Source: an uncultured virus (IMG/VR IMGVR_UViG_3300047564_005847)
Lineage: Duplodnaviria; Heunggongvirae; Uroviricota; Caudoviricetes
Length of the DNA: 64,000 nt
Virus record (IMG/VR): IMGVR_UViG_3300047564_005847
Strand: one strand, 5' to 3'
Shown here in pieces: positions 9,282 through 18,700 of this stretch. The stretch's first letter is position 1; every line of letters begins with the position of its first letter. The notes beneath the pieces are model-generated. The model worked only from the letters and a program-made list of their open reading frames with translations, was not told where the DNA came from and searched no databases. A program made the translations under genes and the position numbers.

Positions 9282-10705
9282 TGTCTCTTTTAACTAGAGC
9301 AGCGGGACCATTTGTCATCCCAAATATTGACCGTGGTGATAGGCAGACAAATGCTCAAAACACAGCAGCAAGTGGTACTGGATTTATCACGGCAAAGGTG
9401 ATAGATTTTATATCAGATCCAAAGGCTTTGAGTGAGGAAAGAGTTAACCTCATTAAATCGTCTATTGTCAACAGTGCACATGTCAATGCAATGCCTATCA
9501 ACTCTATCTGGTGTCAGATAATTGAGGCAAATCGTCTTGACCAACACATTGCATACCCATTTTTCCCGGCACATCTTTGCTTTCCTATAAAGCCTGCTGA
9601 GCAAGTTTGGATTTTCTACTCAGCTGTAGATCAAACATACTACTGGATGTGCCGCAAGCCGGGTGACTATATTTCAGAAGATGTAAACTACACGCACATC
9701 GATCGAATTGTTAATCAACCAAGCACAGCTGGTGGTGCGGGTGTCGAACGACAAACTGGCTCTAGAAATGCCTTTAATGGAACAACCCAAAATGCAGCTA
9801 GCTTCCCACAAGGCAAGACGGACAGCGTATATGAGAAGACGTCAGGTGCATTTCTCAATGATGATCAAATCATCGCACAGTCGGAAGAGTACCAGGAAAA
9901 ATTTATCCAAGAAGCAGTTCCAAGGTTGGTTAGGCAGCCAGGCGACTTTGTTGTCCAAGGCTCCAATAACGCATCAGTTTTGCTTGGATCGTCTACAAAT
10001 TCACCTGGCCAAGGAATTGTTGACATTGTTGCAGGACACAAGATAGAGACAATACCTGTCAGAAACACGCGCGGCAACCAAGAAATTGACAAGACGCAGG
10101 CGGCAATCACCGACAGTGCTACTGACTTCATACTTGACAAGTCAAGATTATACCTTGCGATGAATGATAACCCAGACAGCAATTTCTTCATCAACATTGA
10201 AGGCATCAATGGGAGTGGTGAGGGTGCTAGCGCTGTTATCAAGAGTGATCAAGTAAGATTAGTTGCAAGAAACGATGTCAAGATAAAGGCAGAGAATTCC
10301 AATGCTGCTGTCGTCATTAGATCGAATGGTGATATAGTTGTCGTTCCAGGAAGTGAGGGGAAGGTATATCTGGCAGGGACATCATCAGATCAACCCTACC
10401 TCAGATATGATCAATTTTCTGATATTATTAACAGAATTTTAGATATAACAGCAGTATTGCAATCAGGTATTGAGGCTGTTGCTGCAGATACTTCGCAGAT
10501 AGCGTCTGCGTTTGCAGCTGTGTCTGCTGCAGCAACACCCGCCGATATTGCAGCTACCAATGCAGCAGCAGCATTATCACTTCCTCCTGTTGTCGCAAAT
10601 TTGACACTTATTCCTACGGTACTTTCAACACCAATTGATCCTTATACAGCACAAATCAACGACGCGCTGGAAAGCATAAAATCAAGTATAATTCTGGGAT
10701 CTTAG
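9281..10705 (+). CDS. Baseplate central spike/hub protein (gp5/VgrG-like)
   Basis: N-terminal OB-fold-like segment (AYPFFP...PIKPAEQVWI...YYW), GDFVVQGSNNASVLLG, and beta-strand repeats (VIKSDQVRLVAR). Lies directly before the gp25-like gene. Confidence 0.6.
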   Translation: MSLLTRAAGPFVIPNIDRGDRQTNAQNTAASGTGFITAKVIDFISDPKALSEERVNLIKSSIVNSAHVNAMPINSIWCQIIEANRLDQHIAYPFFPAHLCFPIKPAEQVWIFYSAVDQTYYWMCRKPGDYISEDVNYTHIDRIVNQPSTAGGAGVERQTGSRNAFNGTTQNAASFPQGKTDSVYEKTSGAFLNDDQIIAQSEEYQEKFIQEAVPRLVRQPGDFVVQGSNNASVLLGSSTNSPGQGIVDIVAGHKIETIPVRNTRGNQEIDKTQAAITDSATDFILDKSRLYLAMNDNPDSNFFINIEGINGSGEGASAVIKSDQVRLVARNDVKIKAENSNAAVVIRSNGDIVVVPGSEGKVYLAGTSSDQPYLRYDQFSDIINRILDITAVLQSGIEAVAADTSQIASAFAAVSAAATPADIAATNAAAALSLPPVVANLTLIPTVLSTPIDPYTAQINDALESIKSSIILGS

Positions 10706-10712
10706 CAGTCGA

Positions 10713-10719
10713 ATACTTA
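10713..10719 (+). promoter_or_regulatory. Putative late promoter ATACTTA
   Basis: Member of the recurrent ATANTTA motif, 9 nt before the gp25-like ATG. Confidence 0.6.
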
Positions 10720-10728
10720 TAAACTGAG

Positions 10729-11199
10729 ATGGCAGAACGCAGCTTTAAAAATATCGGGACGACGGTCACGCAGCTTAGAACAGCTACGCCCGCTGTTCCT
10801 GTATTTCCAATTGGCATCAAGACACCGATGTCGCTCGGGGGCAATGGTAATCCATACCAGATGCACACGTCTGTTGCTGAACAGGTTCAGGACAACTTAC
10901 GCAACATGATCATGACAAACTGGGGTGAGCGTCTAGGCCTGTACGACTACGGCGGTAATCTTAGGCTAATTTTGGCAGATTATTCGACCAACTCAGACAT
11001 TGAGACGACAGTCATGCAGTCAATCATGCGAACGGTTGAGAAGTACATGCCGTTCGTCACACTTGACACATTTGACATGCAGAACCTCCCGTCGACAAGA
11101 AACGGGCAGGCAAAATTTCAAATCATAGTAAATTACAGCGTCCCAAAGATCGGCGCAAATAACCAGAAAGTTAAGATCATACTAGAGGTGATGGGATAA
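10729..11199 (+). CDS. Baseplate wedge protein, gp25/GPW-like
   Basis: QVQDNLRNMIMTNWGERL..YDYGGNL...VEKYMPFV matches the gp25 pattern. Confidence 0.85.
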   Translation: MAERSFKNIGTTVTQLRTATPAVPVFPIGIKTPMSLGGNGNPYQMHTSVAEQVQDNLRNMIMTNWGERLGLYDYGGNLRLILADYSTNSDIETTVMQSIMRTVEKYMPFVTLDTFDMQNLPSTRNGQAKFQIIVNYSVPKIGANNQKVKIILEVMG

Positions 11200-13043
11200 T
11201 GGCAACAATTCAGCAAAAACTCCGCCAACAGCGCCAGAGATCTTACCTTGGCAAAGATTTTGATGCCCTTAGAGACAATCTTGCAACCTACGCAAAGAGC
11301 TACTACTCTGACCAGATTAAAGATGTGTCAGAGAGCTCTGTTGCGGGCATGTTCATTGACATGGCTGCGTACACGGGTGATGTCCTGTCATACTACCTTG
11401 ACTACCAGTTCAATGAGTTAGATCTCTCATCAGCAACTGATGTAAATAACGTCGAGAGGCTGATCAGAAGAGCGGGAGTCAAGATCGGTGGTGCATCACC
11501 TGCCATAGTCAATGTTAATTTTTATGCAGTAATTCCAGCTCAAGTTGTCAATGGCAACTATCAACCTAATACACAATATCTCCCAATTATTCAGGCAGGA
11601 ACTCAAGTTACTTCAAACTCTGGGATCGTGTTTGAGTTGACAGAAGATGTTGATTTTGGCGTCGTTGATAGCAATGGAAATCTTACCACAGAATACAAGA
11701 TCTTCTCGCAGGATGCTGCAGGAAATCCTACACGATTTGTCATGAAGGGTGTGGGTATCTGCTCATCAGGACGCATTGCAACAGAAACTTTCACCATTGA
11801 TGACAGCTTTGTTCCTTTTAGAACAATAACTCTTGCCAATCAGAATGTGTCTGAGATTATTGGTGTAACTGACAGCGATGGTAACCAATACTATGAAGTC
11901 GAATCGCTTACACACGACGTCGTCTACAAGGCAATGACAAACACCAAGTACGATGCAGATGTCGTAGAAGATGCACTGTCAGTTATACCTGCTCCGCGCC
12001 GCTTCACATCAAGCGGCAGCCGTGTGACAGGTAGGACAACTTTGACTTTCGGATCAGGTGATGCACAGTCACTCGATGATGATGTCATACCCGACCCATC
12101 AGAGCTGGCACTACCTCTGTACGGATCGAAGAAGACGTTCAACAAAGTTTCAATTGATCCTAATACACTACTCCAGACAAGGAGTTTGGGTATCTCACCT
12201 ACAAGCACAACACTTACAGTGTCTTATCGTTATGGCGGTGGATTAAACAATAACGTGGGTGCAGGAACGATCAATAGCATCTCTCGACTTGTGCACCGAT
12301 TTCCACCCTCGACGCCCGCAAGCATTGCCTCCACAATTCGAGCAACTTTTGAAGTTGACAACACAGAGACAGCTGTGGGAGGTGAGGATGCTTTAACGCT
12401 TGAAGATCTGAGATCTATCGCGCTTGGTTATGCAAACTCACAGAATAGAATTGTGACTAAGCAAGATGCTGCAGCACGCATCTATACCATGCCGTCTAAT
12501 TTTGGCAGAGTTTATCGTGCAGGTTTCCGTCCAAACCCAGTTAATCCTCTATCAACTTTAATGTACGTTGTTAGTCGAAACTCCAGTGGTCAACTTGTGC
12601 TATCAAGCGACACTCTCAAGATTAATTTGAGCAAGTACCTCAACGAGTTTAGATTGATCTCTGACGCAATAGACATTGTTGATGCAGCAATTGTGAACAT
12701 AAGAGTGAAGTACACAGTGACACTTAACTCGTCTGCCGTGAAGAATACGACACTCCAGAAGATCAATCAGACACTTAAGGATTACTTCAACATTAAGAAT
12801 TTCCAAATTGATCAAGGAATTCTAACATCTGATATTATGAACATACTTCTGAATACAGACGGTGTCACAACAGTGTCCAATCTTACTTTTGAAAGTGTGA
12901 ACGGCGTCGTCAACGGAACAGCATACAGCGACGTTGTCTTTAATGTCACCCAGAACACTTTAAACGGTGTAATAGTTCCACCACCAGGTGGAATATTTGA
13001 AGTTAGATATCCAGATTTTGATATTATTGGTAATGTTAGCTAG
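11199..13043 (+). CDS. Baseplate wedge protein, gp6/baseplate J-like
   Basis: YLGKDFDALR, DMAAYTGDVLSYYLDYQ, LTFGSG, GGED...QNRIVT and FEVRYP. Follows gp25. Confidence 0.85.
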   Translation: MATIQQKLRQQRQRSYLGKDFDALRDNLATYAKSYYSDQIKDVSESSVAGMFIDMAAYTGDVLSYYLDYQFNELDLSSATDVNNVERLIRRAGVKIGGASPAIVNVNFYAVIPAQVVNGNYQPNTQYLPIIQAGTQVTSNSGIVFELTEDVDFGVVDSNGNLTTEYKIFSQDAAGNPTRFVMKGVGICSSGRIATETFTIDDSFVPFRTITLANQNVSEIIGVTDSDGNQYYEVESLTHDVVYKAMTNTKYDADVVEDALSVIPAPRRFTSSGSRVTGRTTLTFGSGDAQSLDDDVIPDPSELALPLYGSKKTFNKVSIDPNTLLQTRSLGISPTSTTLTVSYRYGGGLNNNVGAGTINSISRLVHRFPPSTPASIASTIRATFEVDNTETAVGGEDALTLEDLRSIALGYANSQNRIVTKQDAAARIYTMPSNFGRVYRAGFRPNPVNPLSTLMYVVSRNSSGQLVLSSDTLKINLSKYLNEFRLISDAIDIVDAAIVNIRVKYTVTLNSSAVKNTTLQKINQTLKDYFNIKNFQIDQGILTSDIMNILLNTDGVTTVSNLTFESVNGVVNGTAYSDVVFNVTQNTLNGVIVPPPGGIFEVRYPDFDIIGNVS

Positions 13044-13051
13044 GAGATGAA

Positions 13052-14563
13052 ATGTATTTAGCACTATCAGCAAGTAAGGATACATACATTACCAATAAAA
13101 TTATTGGGTCATCTTTCCGAGCCACAGATGCAAATCTGGGTCAAGCAGGCACACTTGACTTGTTCAAACTGTACGATGAGAACAGGATTATCGGAGAGAC
13201 AAATCCAATTGAGCTCTCCAGAATTCTTATAAAGTTTGATTACTCCCCTCTCACAGCACTCCTTGCTACTAAGCTGAACACAAATGACGCTTCATTCAAA
13301 TGTGAGTTAGTTCTAAAGGATGTCTATGGTGGCCAACCAACACCTACTAACTTTAAACTAATTGTTTTCCCTCTGTCAAGAAGCTTTGATGAGGGTGTGG
13401 GTAGAGACGTTGTCGGTTATAGAGACATTGATGTCTGCAATTTTTTAACTGCATCTGTCTCAACCGGTCAAGTTGAGAAGTGGTATGTGACAGGTGCTGA
13501 TAAACAAGGGCTACTAGGATCTTCTGACATCGACATCATCTCAAGTGGTAACTTAAATGACGGTAATGGCGTTGTCAATCTTTGGAAAGAGCAGATCTTT
13601 GCGTCGGGCGAAGAAGATCTTAGAGTTGATATAACAGACATTGTATCAGGAACGCTTGCAGGCCTCATTCCTGATCATGGTTTTAGAATATCCTTCTCAG
13701 GATCTCAAGAGACAGATGAATTCACGAGATTTGTGAAGAGATTTACGTCTAGAAATGCCACAAATGTAGGCAAGCGACCCGGAATTGTTGTCACCTACAA
13801 TGATCTCGTCCGTGACAACCACAATAACTTCTTTTTCAATGAGACAGGCACACTTCTCCTGTCAAACAACGTTAGAGGAATTCCTAGAAACATCCTGTCT
13901 GGAACACTTCTCACACCCATAACAGGCACAAATTGCATGATCTTGACACTAGCGACAGGATCTTTTACTAAGCAATTCAATGTTTCACAGCTAAGCTATG
14001 GTCAGAACTTTATCACAGGCGTCTACACGTCTGATGTTATCCTAAACAGCTTCGAGAATGCAACTGTCTACAATCACCTAATGAGTTCAGGATCGGTTGA
14101 CTTCACAGAGATATGGGGATCCAATGATGGCAAGGTAGGTTATTTAACAGGATCACTCACAGTCTATCGTCCCGATACAGAGCAGTATCATGTTGACCTT
14201 GAACGTCTTACAATTAGCATGACAAATATGCGGACGTCATACCAGCAAAACGAGCAGTATCGATTTAGGATCTTTATAGAAGACATCACAAGACAGTTTA
14301 TATCTAAGAAGCTTCCTTACGAGAACAAGGGAATATTTGTTGAGGACATCTACTACCAAGTTCGTGACACCGATTTGAATGAGGTAATTGTGCCATTCCA
14401 CGATCCAGGAACAGCTGTGTCAAATGACACGTCAAGCCACTACTTTGACTTCAATATGACATCTCTTCCGCGCGGGCGCACATACACTTTTGACTTTAAG
14501 ATCTTAAGAGAGGGCTCAGAAGTTGTGTTCAAAGACGTTGCAGCAAAATTTAGGGTGGATTAA
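13052..14563 (+). CDS. Virion structural protein with a DNRLRE-like N-terminal domain
   Basis: KDTYI...SRILIKFD...PLSRSFDEG...VDITDIV...GFRI pattern, within the baseplate module. Confidence 0.55.
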   Translation: MYLALSASKDTYITNKIIGSSFRATDANLGQAGTLDLFKLYDENRIIGETNPIELSRILIKFDYSPLTALLATKLNTNDASFKCELVLKDVYGGQPTPTNFKLIVFPLSRSFDEGVGRDVVGYRDIDVCNFLTASVSTGQVEKWYVTGADKQGLLGSSDIDIISSGNLNDGNGVVNLWKEQIFASGEEDLRVDITDIVSGTLAGLIPDHGFRISFSGSQETDEFTRFVKRFTSRNATNVGKRPGIVVTYNDLVRDNHNNFFFNETGTLLLSNNVRGIPRNILSGTLLTPITGTNCMILTLATGSFTKQFNVSQLSYGQNFITGVYTSDVILNSFENATVYNHLMSSGSVDFTEIWGSNDGKVGYLTGSLTVYRPDTEQYHVDLERLTISMTNMRTSYQQNEQYRFRIFIEDITRQFISKKLPYENKGIFVEDIYYQVRDTDLNEVIVPFHDPGTAVSNDTSSHYFDFNMTSLPRGRTYTFDFKILREGSEVVFKDVAAKFRVD

Positions 14564-14565
14564 TC

Positions 14566-17500
14566 ATGGCAGCAAGCGTTGTTAGAACCAATCGACCCAC
14601 AGTTTTTACTTCAAATTTGAAGCTTGCGTCCCTGTCTAATCGATACGATGACGTCACAATCAGCAACCAAGAAGCATCAAATATTGGCAACACAGGTTCC
14701 TTTAGGTACGACCAGATTGGAGCTGCATTAAAGTCGACACAAGAACTTAACATCGATTACACACAGCTTGAAAATCACACTTTCTTCAATTCAGCAGTTG
14801 CAAAAGTTAACGTTGCATTTGATAGGATAATCAATAACTACCCATTTGACGGTAGCATCCAAGAGATACAAGATTTTGAAGACAGCTTGACCGGTTATGA
14901 GAGGTACATTCTCTCTCAGTTCACCAAAAGTAGAAACTTCTTACTGTTTGATGGCACATCACACGTTGCAGTCACTGATGCAGCAGGTATCAATTTTCCA
15001 ACTGTATCAAAGAATGACACAGGCTTAGGCGTTCTTGATCCAAGGACAAATAGCTTCTCATTTGAGTTATTTTGCTATCCTGCAGCACAGTCAAATGATA
15101 ATCAGATCATCTTGCAGAAGAGAAAAGATGCGACAACAGCAATTACACTTGCGCTGTCCCAATCAGCATCAACGACGACATGTGATGCTCTCTTTATTGT
15201 CTCGATGGGAAGCATGTATGTGACAGCGTCAGCTGCTGTCAACAAGGGTGAGTTTAATCACCTCTATTTTGAGTACAATGCGCTTGCATCATCATCATCG
15301 CTTACCATCTATCGAGATCTTGAACTTGCATCACCCGAGTCAGATTTTGTCGTATTTGACGACTTAAATTTTAGCTCTGCAGATCTTTTAATTGGAACAG
15401 GATCGTCACATACAGCGGGTGCATACACATTCGTCCCACAGCAGCATCTGTCGGGTGCTATAGATGAATTAAGATTTTTCCATGATACAAGATCACTGGC
15501 AGATCTTGAATACAACTGGAAGAAAGAGATTTATGCAACTGCACCCTTGAAACTGTATTTCAAGTTCAATGAGCCGACAGGATCTTACGCAGCAAGCGAT
15601 GTTGTCCTCGACTACTCAGGCAATTCTCTGCATTCTTACATCACAAACTACAGTGATGCACTGCGTGCTGGAGCAAGTATTGCAAACCCGATGGTCGCTG
15701 AAGATCCTGATCGCTGCCCTGTTCTGTTCGCAGATTATCCGGCAACGCTGACTTACAATCAAACTTTACTGGAAGATGCCCGCGACTTTGATGCAGTTAA
15801 TCCTAACTTGATAACAAAGATCATACCTGCACACTACCTTAGAGAGGGCTTGGTAAGTCAAGGATTTGCTGATGAAGATGGAACAATCGGCAATGACTTT
15901 ACGGGAACATCAATCCCAGGAACAGGTGAGATAGGTTCACCCCAGATTATCACGGCAATGCTGCTCGTCTACGCAAAATTCTTTGACGAGCTAAAGATGT
16001 TCGTGGATCATTTCTCAAATCTTGTCCACGTTGATTATGACCAAGACACGTCTGTCAGCGACAAGTTTCTGCCATTCCTTGCAAACTATTACGGGTTTGA
16101 GGTTCCTTCTTTCTTTAAGACAGCTCTGGGTGAGCAGTTCTACGATGGTAGAAACATCACGCAGAATGATGAGAAATTGACACAAAATCTTGACTATGTG
16201 AGAAAGCAGCTTTGGCGTCGTCTGTTGATAAACATGTCAAGCATCATGCGTGAAAAAGGAACGAATGCATCTGTTCGCTCACTCTTCAACGCAGCAGGCA
16301 TCATACCTGAGAATTTCTTCACTATTAGAGAGTTTGGTGGCCCAAAGAAGAACTTTCTTACAGGTCGTAGAGAGAATAAGACAGAAATTGCCACAATGCT
16401 CGACTTCTCCGGTAGCTTAAATCTAACACCAGGCACACTCAACTCTCAAGGATTTTCTTCCGTAAAGCCTCACATTATAGGCTCCTTCCTCTCGGGATCG
16501 CGTGTCGAGCCAGGATATCCTGCAGTTGCTGGAACTCCATCAGACGGTTTGTTCACGTCAGGATCATTTACATTTGAAGGCATCTACAAGTACCTGGATC
16601 GTCAAGTTCACTTTGCGTCAGAGAGCTTGATGCGTCTTCATGTTACAGGAACTTCGTCACCGTCTGACACACACGGCACGCTATTCAACATCATTGCGTC
16701 GTCAGGAAGTGAAGAAGGTGACTATTCACTGACACTTTACGGTCGACCGCTGCAGGGTATTTCAACAAATGTCATCACTCTGCAGCTAACAGGCGTCAAC
16801 GTCTTTGATGGTGACAAGTGGAACATCGCATTTGGCCGCCAGCGCAGCGATCAGATCGGACACGCATCGTCATCCTACTTCCTGCGTGTTGGGAAAAATA
16901 TCGACACTGAGACAATTGTTACATTCCAGACATCATCTTACTTTTATGATGAAGACACATTTGGCACGACCAACGTCCTCCAAAATGTCAGCAGCAATTA
17001 CAATGCATCAGGAGCATTTGTCGTCATCGGATCTCAGAGCCTGGCATCAGGCGCATCATTCTTGAACAGCTACACAGCAGATGCCAAGGTCACTAATTTT
17101 ACCGGGCGAGTTGCACAGCTCAGAACATGGTCAAAGGCACTAACAGACACAGAGTTTAGTGAGCACATTCGCAACTTCAAGTCACTCGGTGTTGATGACC
17201 CCAAGATCAATTTCTCATTTGATACAGAGACAACAGGCACATTTGAGCGTCTTCGTGTTGACACAAGCACAGATCAATTTACGACAGGCGCTGATGGAAG
17301 TGGACAAATTCAAATCTTTGACTTTAGCCAGAACAATTTGTTCATGTCGGGCCTCGGATTTGAGGCAAACGCAAGAGTTATCAAGCCAGAGACATTCTAC
17401 TACTCTCATTTAGCACCTAACTTTGACCAGAGTACGACGACCAACAAAGTGCGCGTGAGGAGTTTGCAGCGCCCGGAAGAATACGACATCAACACGGCGC

Positions 17501-17961
17501 GCCTCGCACCTGTCTACGACGTCATTAGAAGCGAGGAGCCAGAAGATGATCGCCGCTTCCTCATCGAGTACTCAGTTGTTAAAGCGCTCAACGAGGATAT
17601 CATCCGCCTCCTGGCAGATCTTGATTTTTTCAACAACGGTTTGGGAAAACCATCGTACCTCTACGACGAATATTATCCAGACATTGAGCAACTTCGGAAG
17701 ATCTACTTCAATCGTCTAACTGACAAGCTCAACTATAAAGTGTTCTTCGATCTCTTCAAGTGGTTCGACACGTCCTACACAGATCTTGTCAGCTCTTTGA
17801 TGCCCAAGAAGACACAATTTCTCGGGATCAACTACACAATCGAGTCGCACATGCTTGAGCGTCATAGGATGCGCTACCTCTACGACCAGCAGTACACGCT
17901 AGGCACTATTGCTGTCCAGAATGAGACAGGTGTGGGATTTGAAACTGGCATCATCACATAG
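14566..17961 (+). CDS. Large baseplate protein with LamG/concanavalin-like domains
   Basis: FSFELF...GEFNHL...SGAIDELRFF...LYFKFNE (LamG-like) and a second similar unit. The central LPFLANYYGF...EKGT...IREFGG resembles wedge/tail protein I-type segments. Confidence 0.65.
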   Translation: MAASVVRTNRPTVFTSNLKLASLSNRYDDVTISNQEASNIGNTGSFRYDQIGAALKSTQELNIDYTQLENHTFFNSAVAKVNVAFDRIINNYPFDGSIQEIQDFEDSLTGYERYILSQFTKSRNFLLFDGTSHVAVTDAAGINFPTVSKNDTGLGVLDPRTNSFSFELFCYPAAQSNDNQIILQKRKDATTAITLALSQSASTTTCDALFIVSMGSMYVTASAAVNKGEFNHLYFEYNALASSSSLTIYRDLELASPESDFVVFDDLNFSSADLLIGTGSSHTAGAYTFVPQQHLSGAIDELRFFHDTRSLADLEYNWKKEIYATAPLKLYFKFNEPTGSYAASDVVLDYSGNSLHSYITNYSDALRAGASIANPMVAEDPDRCPVLFADYPATLTYNQTLLEDARDFDAVNPNLITKIIPAHYLREGLVSQGFADEDGTIGNDFTGTSIPGTGEIGSPQIITAMLLVYAKFFDELKMFVDHFSNLVHVDYDQDTSVSDKFLPFLANYYGFEVPSFFKTALGEQFYDGRNITQNDEKLTQNLDYVRKQLWRRLLINMSSIMREKGTNASVRSLFNAAGIIPENFFTIREFGGPKKNFLTGRRENKTEIATMLDFSGSLNLTPGTLNSQGFSSVKPHIIGSFLSGSRVEPGYPAVAGTPSDGLFTSGSFTFEGIYKYLDRQVHFASESLMRLHVTGTSSPSDTHGTLFNIIASSGSEEGDYSLTLYGRPLQGISTNVITLQLTGVNVFDGDKWNIAFGRQRSDQIGHASSSYFLRVGKNIDTETIVTFQTSSYFYDEDTFGTTNVLQNVSSNYNASGAFVVIGSQSLASGASFLNSYTADAKVTNFTGRVAQLRTWSKALTDTEFSEHIRNFKSLGVDDPKINFSFDTETTGTFERLRVDTSTDQFTTGADGSGQIQIFDFSQNNLFMSGLGFEANARVIKPETFYYSHLAPNFDQSTTTNKVRVRSLQRPEEYDINTARLAPVYDVIRSEEPEDDRRFLIEYSVVKALNEDIIRLLADLDFFNNGLGKPSYLYDEYYPDIEQLRKIYFNRLTDKLNYKVFFDLFKWFDTSYTDLVSSLMPKKTQFLGINYTIESHMLERHRMRYLYDQQYTLGTIAVQNETGVGFETGIIT

Positions 17962-17964
17962 TTA
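17958..17964 (+). promoter_or_regulatory. Putative late promoter ATAGTTA
   Basis: Recurrent motif, 5 nt before the ATG. Confidence 0.6.
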
Positions 17965-17969
17965 TTACC

Positions 17970-18698
17970 ATGTCATACACACCATTTAACGAGAGCCTTC
18001 ACGTCATTAGAGGCAATTCCAACCAGGATGGCATAGACATAGCGCCTGTAAGCCAGCTACTCCAGGGCAATGAGATCAGAGATCCACTGCGTCTGAGAAA
18101 AGGCATGCTACCTTACATGGGAATGCGGTCAATCAGAGTCGATGAGCAAGGGCTGTTAGATAAATCAATAGAGATCAACGATCTTGGGCAGGATGTCAAA
18201 GCATCAACAACCGCGTATGTGGATACCACAGAACGCTGGACACCCGCACAGATCGTCCAGGGAGATCTGGCAGAGAGCTTTCTCAGTGAGCTTGCCACAC
18301 GGCAAGTGATTGATGAGAAAAATGATGGTCAAATCAGCATTTTTGATCCCAGTGGTATTGAAGTTCCCTTCTCTTCACGTGGTTTCAAGGGAAGCCTCAA
18401 CGGAGAGAACGAGTATATAGGAACACAATTGCTAGATAGCAAATACCAGCTGCTCGACGGGCTAGATGATTTTCTAGACGGTCAAGAGGAGATTTTAGGA
18501 ATAACAGTTCCTGCAATCTTGTCCATGAATGACCAGCTTCTAAAGCCCTTCGAAGATCTAAGGCACGACGACACGGATCGATTTGGTATCAATATTTTAA
18601 ACCAGAATGTAAATCTGTATGATCGATATGCGGCAGGAGGTTTTGTGTATGCAGGCAATGACCGCGACTCAATCGCCTTCGGCGGGCTTAAAGGCTGA
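17970..18698 (+). CDS. Hypothetical virion protein
   Basis: 242-aa ORF in the structural module, preceded by ATAGTTA. Confidence 0.7.
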   Translation: MSYTPFNESLHVIRGNSNQDGIDIAPVSQLLQGNEIRDPLRLRKGMLPYMGMRSIRVDEQGLLDKSIEINDLGQDVKASTTAYVDTTERWTPAQIVQGDLAESFLSELATRQVIDEKNDGQISIFDPSGIEVPFSSRGFKGSLNGENEYIGTQLLDSKYQLLDGLDDFLDGQEEILGITVPAILSMNDQLLKPFEDLRHDDTDRFGINILNQNVNLYDRYAAGGFVYAGNDRDSIAFGGLKG

Positions 18699-18700
18699 CA

